Shown: positions 17,746 to 26,307, counted from the first letter of the stretch. The stretch is DNA of 64,000 nucleotides from Deltaproteobacteria bacterium (GCA_036676765.1 JAKFCH010000148.1:11141-75140); one strand, 5' to 3'. Numbers and translations are program-made. The notes: a model not told the origin generated them from the letters alone.

Positions 17746-18162
17746 CGCCGCTCGGGTGAGGCGCACTGGGGGGGGCATCCGCGGGGAATTGCGTCGCGCG
17801 AGGAGGACGTGGAGGACCACTGCCCGGACTTCGAGGGCGTTGCCGCCAAGGCGTGCGCGGACAACCTCGCGGAGCTCACTTGTGACGACATGCTGATGGG
17901 CACGACTCCCGAGGAGTGTGAGACCGAAGCGGCGTGCGGCTCGTAGGCACCCACCGACGAGACCGGGCGGCCGCGCCTGCGACCTCCGAGGTCGACGGGG
18001 GCGCGTCGCGATCGGTGGCGTTCTACGCGAAGGTGGACATCACGCTCGCGCCTCCCGGGAAGGCATCGCCTCCGCCGAGAGAGTGACACCTTGCGCGCAA
18101 TGAGGGTCGGAGCGGGATTTTTCGGCCCAACCGGGGCCCCGTCCAACATTGGCAGTTAGACC

Positions 18163-18960
18163 GTGCGCCCCCACGCCGGAGGCCACATGGCCGGATCGCT
18201 CGCAGCCGTTCTCCTCGCCTTCTCCGCCACCGGCGGCCTCGGCCTCTGGTCCGTCGACAGCAGCGGTGCGCTGTCCCTCGGCTCCTCCGAGGCCGCCGAC
18301 TCGCCCGCCCGTTCCATCGTCTTCGACGTTGGGGACGGCGTCGCCATCATGGGTGGCGCCGGTCCGACCTATTGCGGCAAGGTCGTCGGCTGCACCCCGG
18401 GCGACGCGACGATCGCGCTGCCCGCGGGCCTGTCCGGCGGCGGGCTGGTCGTCCTCGGCGGGCAGGACCTCGGCTTCACCGACGTGTCCGGACTCGGCAT
18501 CGAGATCCTCGACGCGGTGCGGGCGAGCGCCGGCGGCGCGGACTTCGATCTCGTCCCGGGCCTGGAGACCGGCATGGTCTGCGGTGTCGTGGACGAAGCG
18601 CCCCAGGACGACCTCGTCGGGGACCTCCCGAACGATGAGCTCACCGGCGGCCCCTACGCCGTCGACTCCCCGCGGGATCACGCGTCGGGTCTGCCCACCG
18701 GCCTGCGCGTCTCCGACGAGGGCGAGGGTGCGGGTGCGTTGCCCTTCGTCTACGGCGTGCATCTCCAGCCCATCGGCAGCAGCGCCGGCGCGGACAGCGC
18801 GGACACCTGGGCCGTGTGTGCCGCCTGGAGCGAAGGTCGGCTCGCCTCCTACGCGGTGGTTGCCCTCCGTAACGGCGACAGCCTCGCCGACCGCCCGAGC
18901 CGGGTCACCGGCGTGGTGACTCATGGGTTCATGGACGATTCGGACGAGTCGTTCCAGTAG
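18163..18960 (+). CDS. hypothetical secreted protein
   Basis: This is the only frame here with normal amino-acid composition. It has a signal-like N-terminus (MAGSLAAVLLAFSATGG; possible start at ATG 18187). It lies directly upstream of the kinase pair. Confidence 0.5.
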   Translation: MRPHAGGHMAGSLAAVLLAFSATGGLGLWSVDSSGALSLGSSEAADSPARSIVFDVGDGVAIMGGAGPTYCGKVVGCTPGDATIALPAGLSGGGLVVLGGQDLGFTDVSGLGIEILDAVRASAGGADFDLVPGLETGMVCGVVDEAPQDDLVGDLPNDELTGGPYAVDSPRDHASGLPTGLRVSDEGEGAGALPFVYGVHLQPIGSSAGADSADTWAVCAAWSEGRLASYAVVALRNGDSLADRPSRVTGVVTHGFMDDSDESFQ

Positions 18961-19009
18961 GCGAGCGCGCCAGCGCCATTCCCACCGTCGCCCTCGAGAA
19001 AGTCGCCGC

Positions 19010-21433
19010 GTGAACCGCTCCTCCGCCCCCCCGCCGAGCACTGGCCCCACGCGCGCCGACGCGGCCACGGTGAGCGACACGTTCGCGGAGATTCCCGGGG
19101 CGACCGCGCCCGACAGCCTCCCCGTGCTCACCCCCCGATACGTGGATCTCGGCGTGCTCGGCACCGGAGGGATGGCCATCGTCCACCGCGTGCGGGACCG
19201 GCTCCTCGACCGGCGCGTGGCGATGAAGGTGCTCGCGGCACGCCTCGCGGCGGATCCGACCATGCGCGCACGGTTCCTGCAGGAGGCGAGGCTCCTCGCC
19301 GCGCTTCGCCACCCGGGCATCGTGCCCGTCCACGACCTCGGGGAGCTGCCGGACGGGCGGCCGTACTTCACGATGGACGAGGTGCGCGGCCGGTCGCTCG
19401 GCGAGGTGCTGGCCGAGGGGACCGTGTCGTTGCCCTTCCGGATCGGCGTGCTGACCCGCGTGTGCGCCTGCGTGGCCTATGCGCACACGATGGGCGTCCT
19501 CCACCGCGACCTGAAGCCCGGCAACGTGATGCTCGGCGACGAGGGCGAGGTGCGCGTGGTGGACTGGGGGATCGCGCGGACGGGCGGAGCGGAGCCCGCG
19601 ATCGGGGGGGAACGCGCGTGGGGGTTCCCCCCGGATGCCCCGCAACACACCCGCGTCGGCGCGATCAACGGCACACCCGCATACATGGCGCCCGAGCAGG
19701 CCGCCGGCGACACGGCCGCCGTGGGGCCCCACACCGACGTCTACGCGCTCGGCGCGGTTCTCTACACGCTGCTCGCCGGGCGGCCACCGTTCCGGGGCGG
19801 GGATTCCCGGGAGGTGCTCGAGGGCTCACCACCCCCTGTCGGCGACGTGGCAGGTGCGCCCCTCCCCATCGAGCTCGTGACGCTGTGCGAGCAGGCAATG
19901 GCGCGCGCGCCCGCGGATCGGCAGACGGCCGCGGCGCTCGGCGAGGCCCTCGGCGCGTGGCTCGCGGGCGAGCAGCGCGTGGCGCATGCCTTGGCGGCGT
20001 TGGAGGTGGCCGCCGCGCACGTGGCGGAGGCGGAGGTCGCCCGCGCGGAGGCCGACCAGGCGCGGCTCGACTGGATGGCACGGGACGCCGTCCTCCCGCT
20101 CCACGCGGACGAGGTCGCGCTGGCCGCGCACTGGCAGGCCGACAACGACGCGAAGGTCCTCGACGTGCGCGCGACACTGCACGAGGAGGAGGTCATGCGC
20201 GCGCTCCGGGGGGCGCCGGCCGAGGCGCCGGACCTCCCCGACGCCCGCGAGCGGCTGGCCGATCGGCTCCTGGCCACGCTCCGCCGCGCCGAGGACCACC
20301 ACGACGCCGATGCATCCCGTGCGATCGCGGAGGAGCTCCGCGAGCAGGTGGCGCTCCTCCCGCCGACGTGGCCCGCGCGCGCCCGGATCGAGGCCGGGCT
20401 CGAGGGGGACGGGACGATCACGCTCGCGACGGATCCACCGGGCGCCGAGGTTCGGCTCGCGCGGTACGAGGCGCAGGACCGGCGGATGGTGGAGGTGCCC
20501 GCGGGGACGCTCGGCGTGACGCCCCTGCGGGAGGTGCCGCTCGGCATGGGGAGCTGTGTGCTGACCGTGGTCGCCCCCGGGTGCGCGGAGGTGCGGCTCC
20601 CCGTGGTCGTGCGACGCGGCGAGCGTTGGGCGCGCGTCGCCCCCGGCGCGACCGATCCGCGGACGTTGCGCCTTCCCCGGCTCGGCGAGCTCGGCCCCGA
20701 CGACTGCTACGTGCCGGCGGGCTGGTTCGTGCGGAGGCGGCCCGAGGGGCCCGCGTGGCCGGCCCTCCGGCAGTGGACCGAGTCGTTCGTGATCCGGCGC
20801 TTCCCGGTCACCCACCGCGAGTACCTGGTGTTCCTCGACGACCTCTGGGCCACCGGGCGGCGCGACGAGGCGCTGGAGCATGCCCCCGGCACGCCCACCG
20901 GCCCGAGTCGGGGCTGCGTCGTGGAGGGAGGGCGTTTCGTCCTCCAGCCCGACGAGCACGGCCACTGCTGGGAGGTGGACGGAGCGGCGTTCCTCCTCAC
21001 GCCCGTCCAGGGGGTCGCGTATGCGTCCTGGCTCGCGGCGCGTACCGGGACGCCCTGGCGGCTCCCCACCGAGGCCGAGTGGATCCACGCGGCGCGGGGC
21101 GCGGACGGCCGCCGCTACCCGATGGGCGACCACCTGGATCCCGCGTGGGCGCACGTGAAGGGCACCTACGCCGGCGCCGAGAGCCTAGGGCGGGTCGGCT
21201 CGTTCCGGTCCGACGCGTCTCCGTACGGCGTGCGGGACCTCGCCGGCGGGGTGCTGGACTTCGCGGTGGATCCCGCCGGCCCGACCTACACCTACCGGGG
21301 CGGGGCCTACTCGCTCCTGCCCTTCGCGGGTCGGCTGGACGGTCCACGCCGCGAGGTGCCGATCTCCCGCACGCGAGCCTGGCACTCGCGCAACTGGCAC
21401 CACGGCTTCCGCATCGCCCGGAGCGCGCCGTGA
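19010..21433 (+). CDS. Ser/Thr protein kinase fused to a PEGA-like and FGE-sulfatase (SUMF1/EgtB/PvdO) domain
   Basis: ORF 18923..21433; GTG 19010 is the likelier start. Kinase motifs: GTGGMAIVHRV, VAMKVL, HRDLKPGNVML, VVDWGIAR, GTPAYMAPEQ. The C-terminus has CYVPAGWF...RRFPVTHREYLVFL...WRLPTEAEWIHAARG...GFRIARS. Confidence 0.85.
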   Translation: MNRSSAPPPSTGPTRADAATVSDTFAEIPGATAPDSLPVLTPRYVDLGVLGTGGMAIVHRVRDRLLDRRVAMKVLAARLAADPTMRARFLQEARLLAALRHPGIVPVHDLGELPDGRPYFTMDEVRGRSLGEVLAEGTVSLPFRIGVLTRVCACVAYAHTMGVLHRDLKPGNVMLGDEGEVRVVDWGIARTGGAEPAIGGERAWGFPPDAPQHTRVGAINGTPAYMAPEQAAGDTAAVGPHTDVYALGAVLYTLLAGRPPFRGGDSREVLEGSPPPVGDVAGAPLPIELVTLCEQAMARAPADRQTAAALGEALGAWLAGEQRVAHALAALEVAAAHVAEAEVARAEADQARLDWMARDAVLPLHADEVALAAHWQADNDAKVLDVRATLHEEEVMRALRGAPAEAPDLPDARERLADRLLATLRRAEDHHDADASRAIAEELREQVALLPPTWPARARIEAGLEGDGTITLATDPPGAEVRLARYEAQDRRMVEVPAGTLGVTPLREVPLGMGSCVLTVVAPGCAEVRLPVVVRRGERWARVAPGATDPRTLRLPRLGELGPDDCYVPAGWFVRRRPEGPAWPALRQWTESFVIRRFPVTHREYLVFLDDLWATGRRDEALEHAPGTPTGPSRGCVVEGGRFVLQPDEHGHCWEVDGAAFLLTPVQGVAYASWLAARTGTPWRLPTEAEWIHAARGADGRRYPMGDHLDPAWAHVKGTYAGAESLGRVGSFRSDASPYGVRDLAGGVLDFAVDPAGPTYTYRGGAYSLLPFAGRLDGPRREVPISRTRAWHSRNWHHGFRIARSAP

Positions 21434-23514
21434 GGCCCGCGCCGGACGCCGGATGGCGCGCGCTGTTGCCGAGCCTCCCGCTCGTCGGCGCCCCCGGGGA
21501 CGCCGATCGGTGGGAAGCCGAGCGCCCGGTGCTGGGCGGACGCGTGGCGGTCGAGGTGGCGGGCGCGCACCTGGAGGCTTGGCTCGCGGAGACGCGGGCC
21601 CTGGCGGGGCTCCAGCACCCGGCGATCCCGCCGCTGCACGAGGTGGGCGTGCTCCCCGACGGGCGGGTCGCGCGGATCCGCGCCGTGGTGACCGGCGTTC
21701 CCGGAGCCGAGGCGGTCCTCGGGTGCGGAGAGCGGCCCCGCGCCGACACGCTGATCCGCGCCGCCGAAGCCCTCGCCCACGCCCACGCCCGCGGCGTGGC
21801 CCACGGCCGGTTCGGAGAGGACGCGCTCCGGCTCGGCGAGAGCGGACAGGTCTGGATCGTGGGGTGGGGCGCGCCGGGGGGCCGCGCCGGTGACGACGTC
21901 GCGGCCCTCCTCTCGCTGGTCGACGCGTGGCTCGGGCCCGCCGCGCTCGGCGAGGCCGACGTACGCGCCACGCTGGGGACGGCCGCGTCGATCGTGGCGC
22001 GCCTGCAGGCCTGGCTGGAGGGCGCGGACCGTCGCGGGCGCGCGCTGGCGTCGGTCGCGCGCGCGGAAGGCCTGCTCGTCGCCTCAGCCGCCGCCGTCCA
22101 CGAGCACGCGCCGGAAGAGCGTGCTGCCCGAGTCGCCGTCGCCGCGGCGCCGACCCACTTGCCGGAGGTCACCCGGCACGCGGCGTGGGCGCTCGAGGAC
22201 ATGGCCGAGCAACTCCGGCGCGCGGCCGTCGACCACGTCGAGGCGGCCCGCCGGGCGCTCCACGGCGCGCTCGAGCAGGACCCGGCGCTGCCCGAGGCCC
22301 ACGCGGCGATGGCACGCTCGTGGACCGAGTCCGCCGCCGTCGCGGAGCGGGAGGGCGCCCGCGCGGCCCAAGCGCGCGCCGAGCTCGCCCTCCACGACCA
22401 CCTCGGGAGGCTGCCGCGCACTCACCCCCTCCGCGCCCACGACGATCGATTCCTCCGCGGCACGGGCGCCGTCACCCTGGTCACCGATCCGCCCGGCGCG
22501 CTCGTCACGGTCGAGCGCTACGAGGAGGTCGACCACCGGCTCGTGCTCTGCCCCGCCGGATCGCTCGGCCGCACGCCGCTGCACGCGGTCGACCTCGCGC
22601 CGGGCAGCTACCGCCTCCGCCTCGAGGCGCCGGGCCGGGCCCCCGCGCTCTACCCCGTCCACATCGGGCGGCAGACGCACTGGGACGGCGTCCCGCCGGG
22701 CGACACGACACCCTTCCCCGTCCGCCTCCCGCGCCCTCACGAGCTCGACCGGGACGACTGCTACGTCCCGGCCGGCTGGTTCGCGGCCGGGTCGTCGAGC
22801 GTCCACGGCAGCGTCTGGCCCCGCCGCTTGTGGTGCGACGGCTTCGTGATCCGCCGCTTCCCGGTGACCGCCGCCGAGCTCCTCGCCTGGCTCGACGAGC
22901 TCGTCGGCGCCGCGGACGAGGAACGCGCGCTCGCGTTCGCCCCCCGGTTGCGGGACGGCGGCCTCTTCTATGCGCGCGGCGAGGACGGGCGCTTCCTCCC
23001 CGCGCTTCCGCCAACCGAGGCGGAGTGGCCCGCGGCCTATGTCTCCCGCGCGATCGCCGTCGCCTACGCGGACGCGCTCCGCGCCGAGGGCCGCCCGTGG
23101 CGCCTCCCCATGGACCTCGAGTGGGAGAAGGCCGCCCGCGGCGTGGACGGGCGCGCGTACCCGTGGGGTCGACGGCGGACGGCGCGCTGGGCCAACCTCA
23201 TGGTGCCCGGCGGGCCCGAGCACCCGGCGCCCGTCGACAGCTTCCCGCTGGACGAGAGCGCCTACGGCGTGCGCGGCGTCTCCGGCAACGCGTTCGACTG
23301 GGTCGCCGACGCCTACGAGCCGCTCGGTCCCGAGCTGCCGGACAACCGCGTCGAGGTCGCCTTGCCCACGCCCGTCCTCCCCTCCGCCGCCTTCGCCGTC
23401 TGCCGAGGCAACAGCTTCACGGGGATGGAGCCCCACCTCGCCACCCGCGCCCATTGCCTCGTCTCGATGACCCGCTACGACATCGGCTTCCGCGTCGCGC
23501 GGTCCCTGGGTTGA
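21430..23514 (+). CDS. pseudokinase paralog fused to a PEGA-like and FGE-sulfatase domain
   Basis: Real 694-aa part of ORF 19462..23514. The GTG start at 21430 overlaps the upstream stop as GTGA. The architecture matches the upstream gene, but catalytic motifs are lost (RVAVEVA for VAxK, VAHGRFGED for HRDLKxxN, IVGWGAP for DFG). The FGE domain is retained (CYVPAGWF, WRLPMDLEWEKAARG, GFRVARS). Confidence 0.8.
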   Translation: MRPAPDAGWRALLPSLPLVGAPGDADRWEAERPVLGGRVAVEVAGAHLEAWLAETRALAGLQHPAIPPLHEVGVLPDGRVARIRAVVTGVPGAEAVLGCGERPRADTLIRAAEALAHAHARGVAHGRFGEDALRLGESGQVWIVGWGAPGGRAGDDVAALLSLVDAWLGPAALGEADVRATLGTAASIVARLQAWLEGADRRGRALASVARAEGLLVASAAAVHEHAPEERAARVAVAAAPTHLPEVTRHAAWALEDMAEQLRRAAVDHVEAARRALHGALEQDPALPEAHAAMARSWTESAAVAEREGARAAQARAELALHDHLGRLPRTHPLRAHDDRFLRGTGAVTLVTDPPGALVTVERYEEVDHRLVLCPAGSLGRTPLHAVDLAPGSYRLRLEAPGRAPALYPVHIGRQTHWDGVPPGDTTPFPVRLPRPHELDRDDCYVPAGWFAAGSSSVHGSVWPRRLWCDGFVIRRFPVTAAELLAWLDELVGAADEERALAFAPRLRDGGLFYARGEDGRFLPALPPTEAEWPAAYVSRAIAVAYADALRAEGRPWRLPMDLEWEKAARGVDGRAYPWGRRRTARWANLMVPGGPEHPAPVDSFPLDESAYGVRGVSGNAFDWVADAYEPLGPELPDNRVEVALPTPVLPSAAFAVCRGNSFTGMEPHLATRAHCLVSMTRYDIGFRVARSLG

Positions 23515-23519
23515 CGCGT

Positions 23520-23538
23520 GGCGACCCTGGTGGTCGCC
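23520..23538. terminator. candidate bidirectional hairpin between convergent stop codons
   Basis: GGCGACC-ctggt-GGTCGCC, a 7-bp perfect stem that fills the 24-nt gap between the TGA at 23512-14 (+) and the stop at 23539-41 (-). No U-tract. Confidence 0.3.
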
Positions 23539-23579
23539 TCACCCGACGTCCGGCTTCCACGAAGCCGAGGCTGAAAGCG
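23528..23579. repeat. copy D (partial) of the recurrent about-70-nt element; overlaps the 3' end of the B12-binding gene
   Basis: Shares CCCGACGTCCGGCTTCCACGAAGCCGAGGCTGAAAGCG with the copies at 26237, 32141 and 32944. Confidence 0.6.
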
Positions 23580-24333
23580 AGAGGGTGTGGATGTCGGCGA
23601 CCAGCTCGGCGCCGGGGATGGCATCGACGAGGCCCAGCTTGACGGCGTAGCCGCCGATCAGGATCCTCGGGCGCAGCTCGGGAGGGAGTTCGCGGACGGC
23701 CGCCACGATCTCCTCCACGGAGGGGCGCTGCTCCGCGAGCGCCATCGACACGAGCACGAGACCGGGGCGCCGCTCCCGGATCGCGGCGACGACATCGCTC
23801 GGCGTAGGTGGGGGATCGAGGATGCGGACCTCGACACCCTGACCGAGGAGCCAGGACGCGAGCGTGCGCAAGGCCAGCGTATGGAAGTTGCCGGGCGCGT
23901 TGAGGAGCAGAGCGGAGACGGACGGCGCGTGGTGCTCCTCGCTCCGCACCCGGGCCTCGAGCAGCGTGAAGGCCTGCGCGCAGAAGGAGGTGAAGCGGTG
24001 CTCCTCCGCTACCGTGATCACCCCGCGCTTCCAGTCCTCGCCGATGTGGTAGAGCAGCGGCGCGAGCAGCCCCAACAACACGTCCACCGGGCGCATGCCC
24101 GCCCGCAGGGCGTCCTCCACGATGCGGGCGGCAGCGGGGAGATCCTCCCGACGGCCCGCCCGCAGGAGCTGCTCCTGGATCTGCTGCAGCTCACGGGCGT
24201 ACACGAGCTTCGATGGCGAGCCCTCGACCTCGGCCACCGCGCAGGTCTCGCAGATGCCGTGCGTGATCGCGTAGTCGTCGAAGGGGGCACGCTCGCCCTG
24301 GAAGCGCTGACAGTAGGCGCACCACTTCAGCAT
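23539..24333 (-). CDS. B12-binding-domain protein (Cys4 zinc ribbon + B12-binding_2 helical cap + Rossmann B12-binding domain)
   Basis: Real 264-aa part of ORF 23539..24378, from MLKWCAYCQRF...HGICETC (CxxC...CxxC). Cap motif IGEDWKRGVITVAEEHRFTSF. Rossmann domain with a His-containing variant NFHTLA of the DxHxxG motif. The start overlaps the upstream stop (ATGCTGA). Confidence 0.75.
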   Translation of the reverse strand: MLKWCAYCQRFQGERAPFDDYAITHGICETCAVAEVEGSPSKLVYARELQQIQEQLLRAGRREDLPAAARIVEDALRAGMRPVDVLLGLLAPLLYHIGEDWKRGVITVAEEHRFTSFCAQAFTLLEARVRSEEHHAPSVSALLLNAPGNFHTLALRTLASWLLGQGVEVRILDPPPTPSDVVAAIRERRPGLVLVSMALAEQRPSVEEIVAAVRELPPELRPRILIGGYAVKLGLVDAIPGAELVADIHTLSLSASASWKPDVG

Positions 24334-25592
24334 CCGGCGTCGAGCGACGCGCGCAGACGCCGCACCTCCGAGATCCATTCCGGCGAGAAGCGGTCGGGGT
24401 CCTCGAACCAGTCCCGGGTCGCACCGAGCGCCCCTTCGATCCCAGCGCGTTCGTCGACCCAGGCGGAGGTGATGAGCCGCGCGGCGCCGTCCACCGTGAA
24501 GCCCCTACAGGCCTTCAGGCGCGGCTCGAACGCGTCGATCCGGGCCGACAGGCACCCCTCCCCTCCGAGGCGTTCACGCTCGTCCCGCAGGCCCGCGAGG
24601 AACGGGGAGAGCCGGGCGCCACGCGACGCACCGTCGTCCAACTCTCCTCGAAGCTGACGGACAATCTCGTACAGGTGCTCTTCGAGCACAATCGTGGGCA
24701 GCCCCCGGGGCACGAGCACGGTGCGCAGCCACGAGAGGCTCTTCGTGGCCACCTCCTCCGACGCTTGCGTCAGCGCGACCAGCCAGCAACTGTCACTGGT
24801 GGTGAACCGGCGCCCACGCTCTCCGAAGCGGTGGGCGAGATAGGGCGTGCGCGCCCAAACCTGGGCGCCTGCGCGCAAGGCCAGCCCAATCTCGCGCGGG
24901 TCCTGCGGCATCGCGTGGCGGCCCGCCTCCGGGTTGAGCCCCGCTACGTGGTGCTTCAGATCCCTCTCCGCGTACGGATGCAACGCCGCGCACATGTCCG
25001 AGAACCAATCGAAGCAGGCGACGGCCCCGCGCACGACGGCGCTCACCTCGTCGGTGCCGGCCGGCAGCGCGTCCAACGCCGCCGTGAAGCGCTCCCAACG
25101 CGCGCCGATCCGCGCGCCGCTCCCGCCGAAGGACAGGAGCGTCCCGTGCGGGACGCCCAGGCACCGCGCATAGTCGCGCGCGAGCACGGCCCCTCCGAGC
25201 CTGGAGCCCTCGAGCACGTAGAGGACGCCGACGAGGGCGAAGGCGTCGTCGGCCGGCTCCCGGAGCGCGTTCGCGAATGCGAGGGCGCGCTCGACCGCAG
25301 GGACCACGCTCGGTTGCCGCGCCGCGTCGAGTCGCTCCAAATCCGCGAGGAGGAGCGGTAGCCGCGGCGACACCTCCGCTGCGAGGCTCCGGACCTCGGG
25401 GATCGACGCCTCCGTGAGGGCACGCTCGTGCCCCGCGTGCACAATCGCGAGCCCGCGCAGGAAGCTCAGAGCGGCGAGCGGGGGCAGCGTGCCGGCGCGG
25501 AGCGCCGCGACGTACGGCGATCCTTCCAGGCGCGCGTGGTGGGCGCCGGTCTCCGCTCGAAGCGTCGCGTGAAGCGCGGGGAACGGCGTCAT
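24327..25592 (-). CDS. haem-oxygenase-like domain fused to an about 220-aa uncharacterised C-terminal domain
   Basis: N-terminal LHATLRAETGAHHARLE and VGVLYVLEGSRLGGAVL resemble the biliverdin-producing haem oxygenase family. I do not recognise residues from about 200 to 421. Confidence 0.65.
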   Translation of the reverse strand: MTPFPALHATLRAETGAHHARLEGSPYVAALRAGTLPPLAALSFLRGLAIVHAGHERALTEASIPEVRSLAAEVSPRLPLLLADLERLDAARQPSVVPAVERALAFANALREPADDAFALVGVLYVLEGSRLGGAVLARDYARCLGVPHGTLLSFGGSGARIGARWERFTAALDALPAGTDEVSAVVRGAVACFDWFSDMCAALHPYAERDLKHHVAGLNPEAGRHAMPQDPREIGLALRAGAQVWARTPYLAHRFGERGRRFTTSDSCWLVALTQASEEVATKSLSWLRTVLVPRGLPTIVLEEHLYEIVRQLRGELDDGASRGARLSPFLAGLRDERERLGGEGCLSARIDAFEPRLKACRGFTVDGAARLITSAWVDERAGIEGALGATRDWFEDPDRFSPEWISEVRRLRASLDAGC

Positions 25593-25602
25593 CCTCCCGT
25601 CC

Positions 25603-25998
25603 TCAAATCATCACGTCGCGCAGGCTCGCGATCTGCTCGCGCAGATCGTCGACCCCGAAGGGCTTCTGGAGGAAGAGCACCCGGCCGAGGGAGAAGACGC
25701 TCGGATCCACCTGACTTCGCGAGTACCCCGTACAGAGGATCACCCTCACGTCCGATCCCCCGGCACGCAGGCGCCGCACCACCTGCACGCCGTCCATCCC
25801 CGGCATCCGCAGGTCGAGGAGCACGAAGGCGAAGGCTCGCGCCGCGCGCTCCACCATACCGAGCGCGGCGGTCCCGTCCGTCGCCTCCTCGACCTTGTAT
25901 CCCAGGCCTTCCAGCAGTTTCCGGGCCGAGAACACGCTCCACTCGTCGTCATCGACGACGAGAACCACTTCCTGCGCGTGCTCGTTCTCGACCATCAT
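25603..25998 (-). CDS. single-domain response regulator (receiver only)
   Basis: Real 131-aa part of ORF 25603..26091. VVLVVDDDEWS, phospho-acceptor context FVLLDLRMPGMDG, and LQKPF. It ends 10 nt before the next gene. Confidence 0.85.
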   Translation of the reverse strand: MMVENEHAQEVVLVVDDDEWSVFSARKLLEGLGYKVEEATDGTAALGMVERAARAFAFVLLDLRMPGMDGVQVVRRLRAGGSDVRVILCTGYSRSQVDPSVFSLGRVLFLQKPFGVDDLREQIASLRDVMI

Positions 25999-26236
25999 CG
26001 ACCGTGTTCCACCAGACGGCACTCGTTCGAGCCGACCGACAAGTTCGTCCCGCATCGACGCTGGGCAAGCGGCACGGGGCTGTCGGGACAAAGCGTGAGT
26101 CGCGTGCGCGACGATGTCTATGCGTGGAGCACGCGTGGGTTGCGGTTGTCTGAGATGCGCACGGTCGTGGCGAGCGCCTGGCTGGTGAGCGCTCGGCGGA
26201 GCGCCTACTCACAATGCTCCCAACCACTCCTTCACT

Positions 26237-26307
26237 GGGGACCATGGGACCAACCGATTGACACGCCCGACATTCGCACGCCACGAAGCCGAGGCTGAAC
26301 GCGTCAG
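26237..26307. repeat. copy A of the recurrent about-70-nt element
   Basis: GGGGACCATGGGACCAACCGATTGACACGCCCGACATTCGCACGCCACGAAGCCGAGGCTGAACGCGTCAG. It aligns end to end with 32944-33014 and, over its first 67 nt, with 32141-32207. Confidence 0.6.

Noticed and set aside
17743-17790. Selenocysteine recoding of the TGA at 17743.
   Set aside because: The only downstream pairing I could find (CGCC...GGCG, 4 bp) does not resemble a bacterial SECIS hairpin. No Sec-machinery context is visible, and nothing suggests a redox-active position there.
19462-23514. The 1350-aa ORF read as a single giant protein.
   Set aside because: Its first about 650 residues are the Arg/Gly/Pro-rich off-frame shadow of the upstream kinase gene. 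Sensible sequence begins at the GTG at 21430, which overlaps the kinase stop. Analogous trimming was applied to ORFs 1619..3535, 1661..3526, 52902..54566, 54148..55605, 56685..58928, 57953..59587, 60418..61575, 60813..62339 and 38749..40416.
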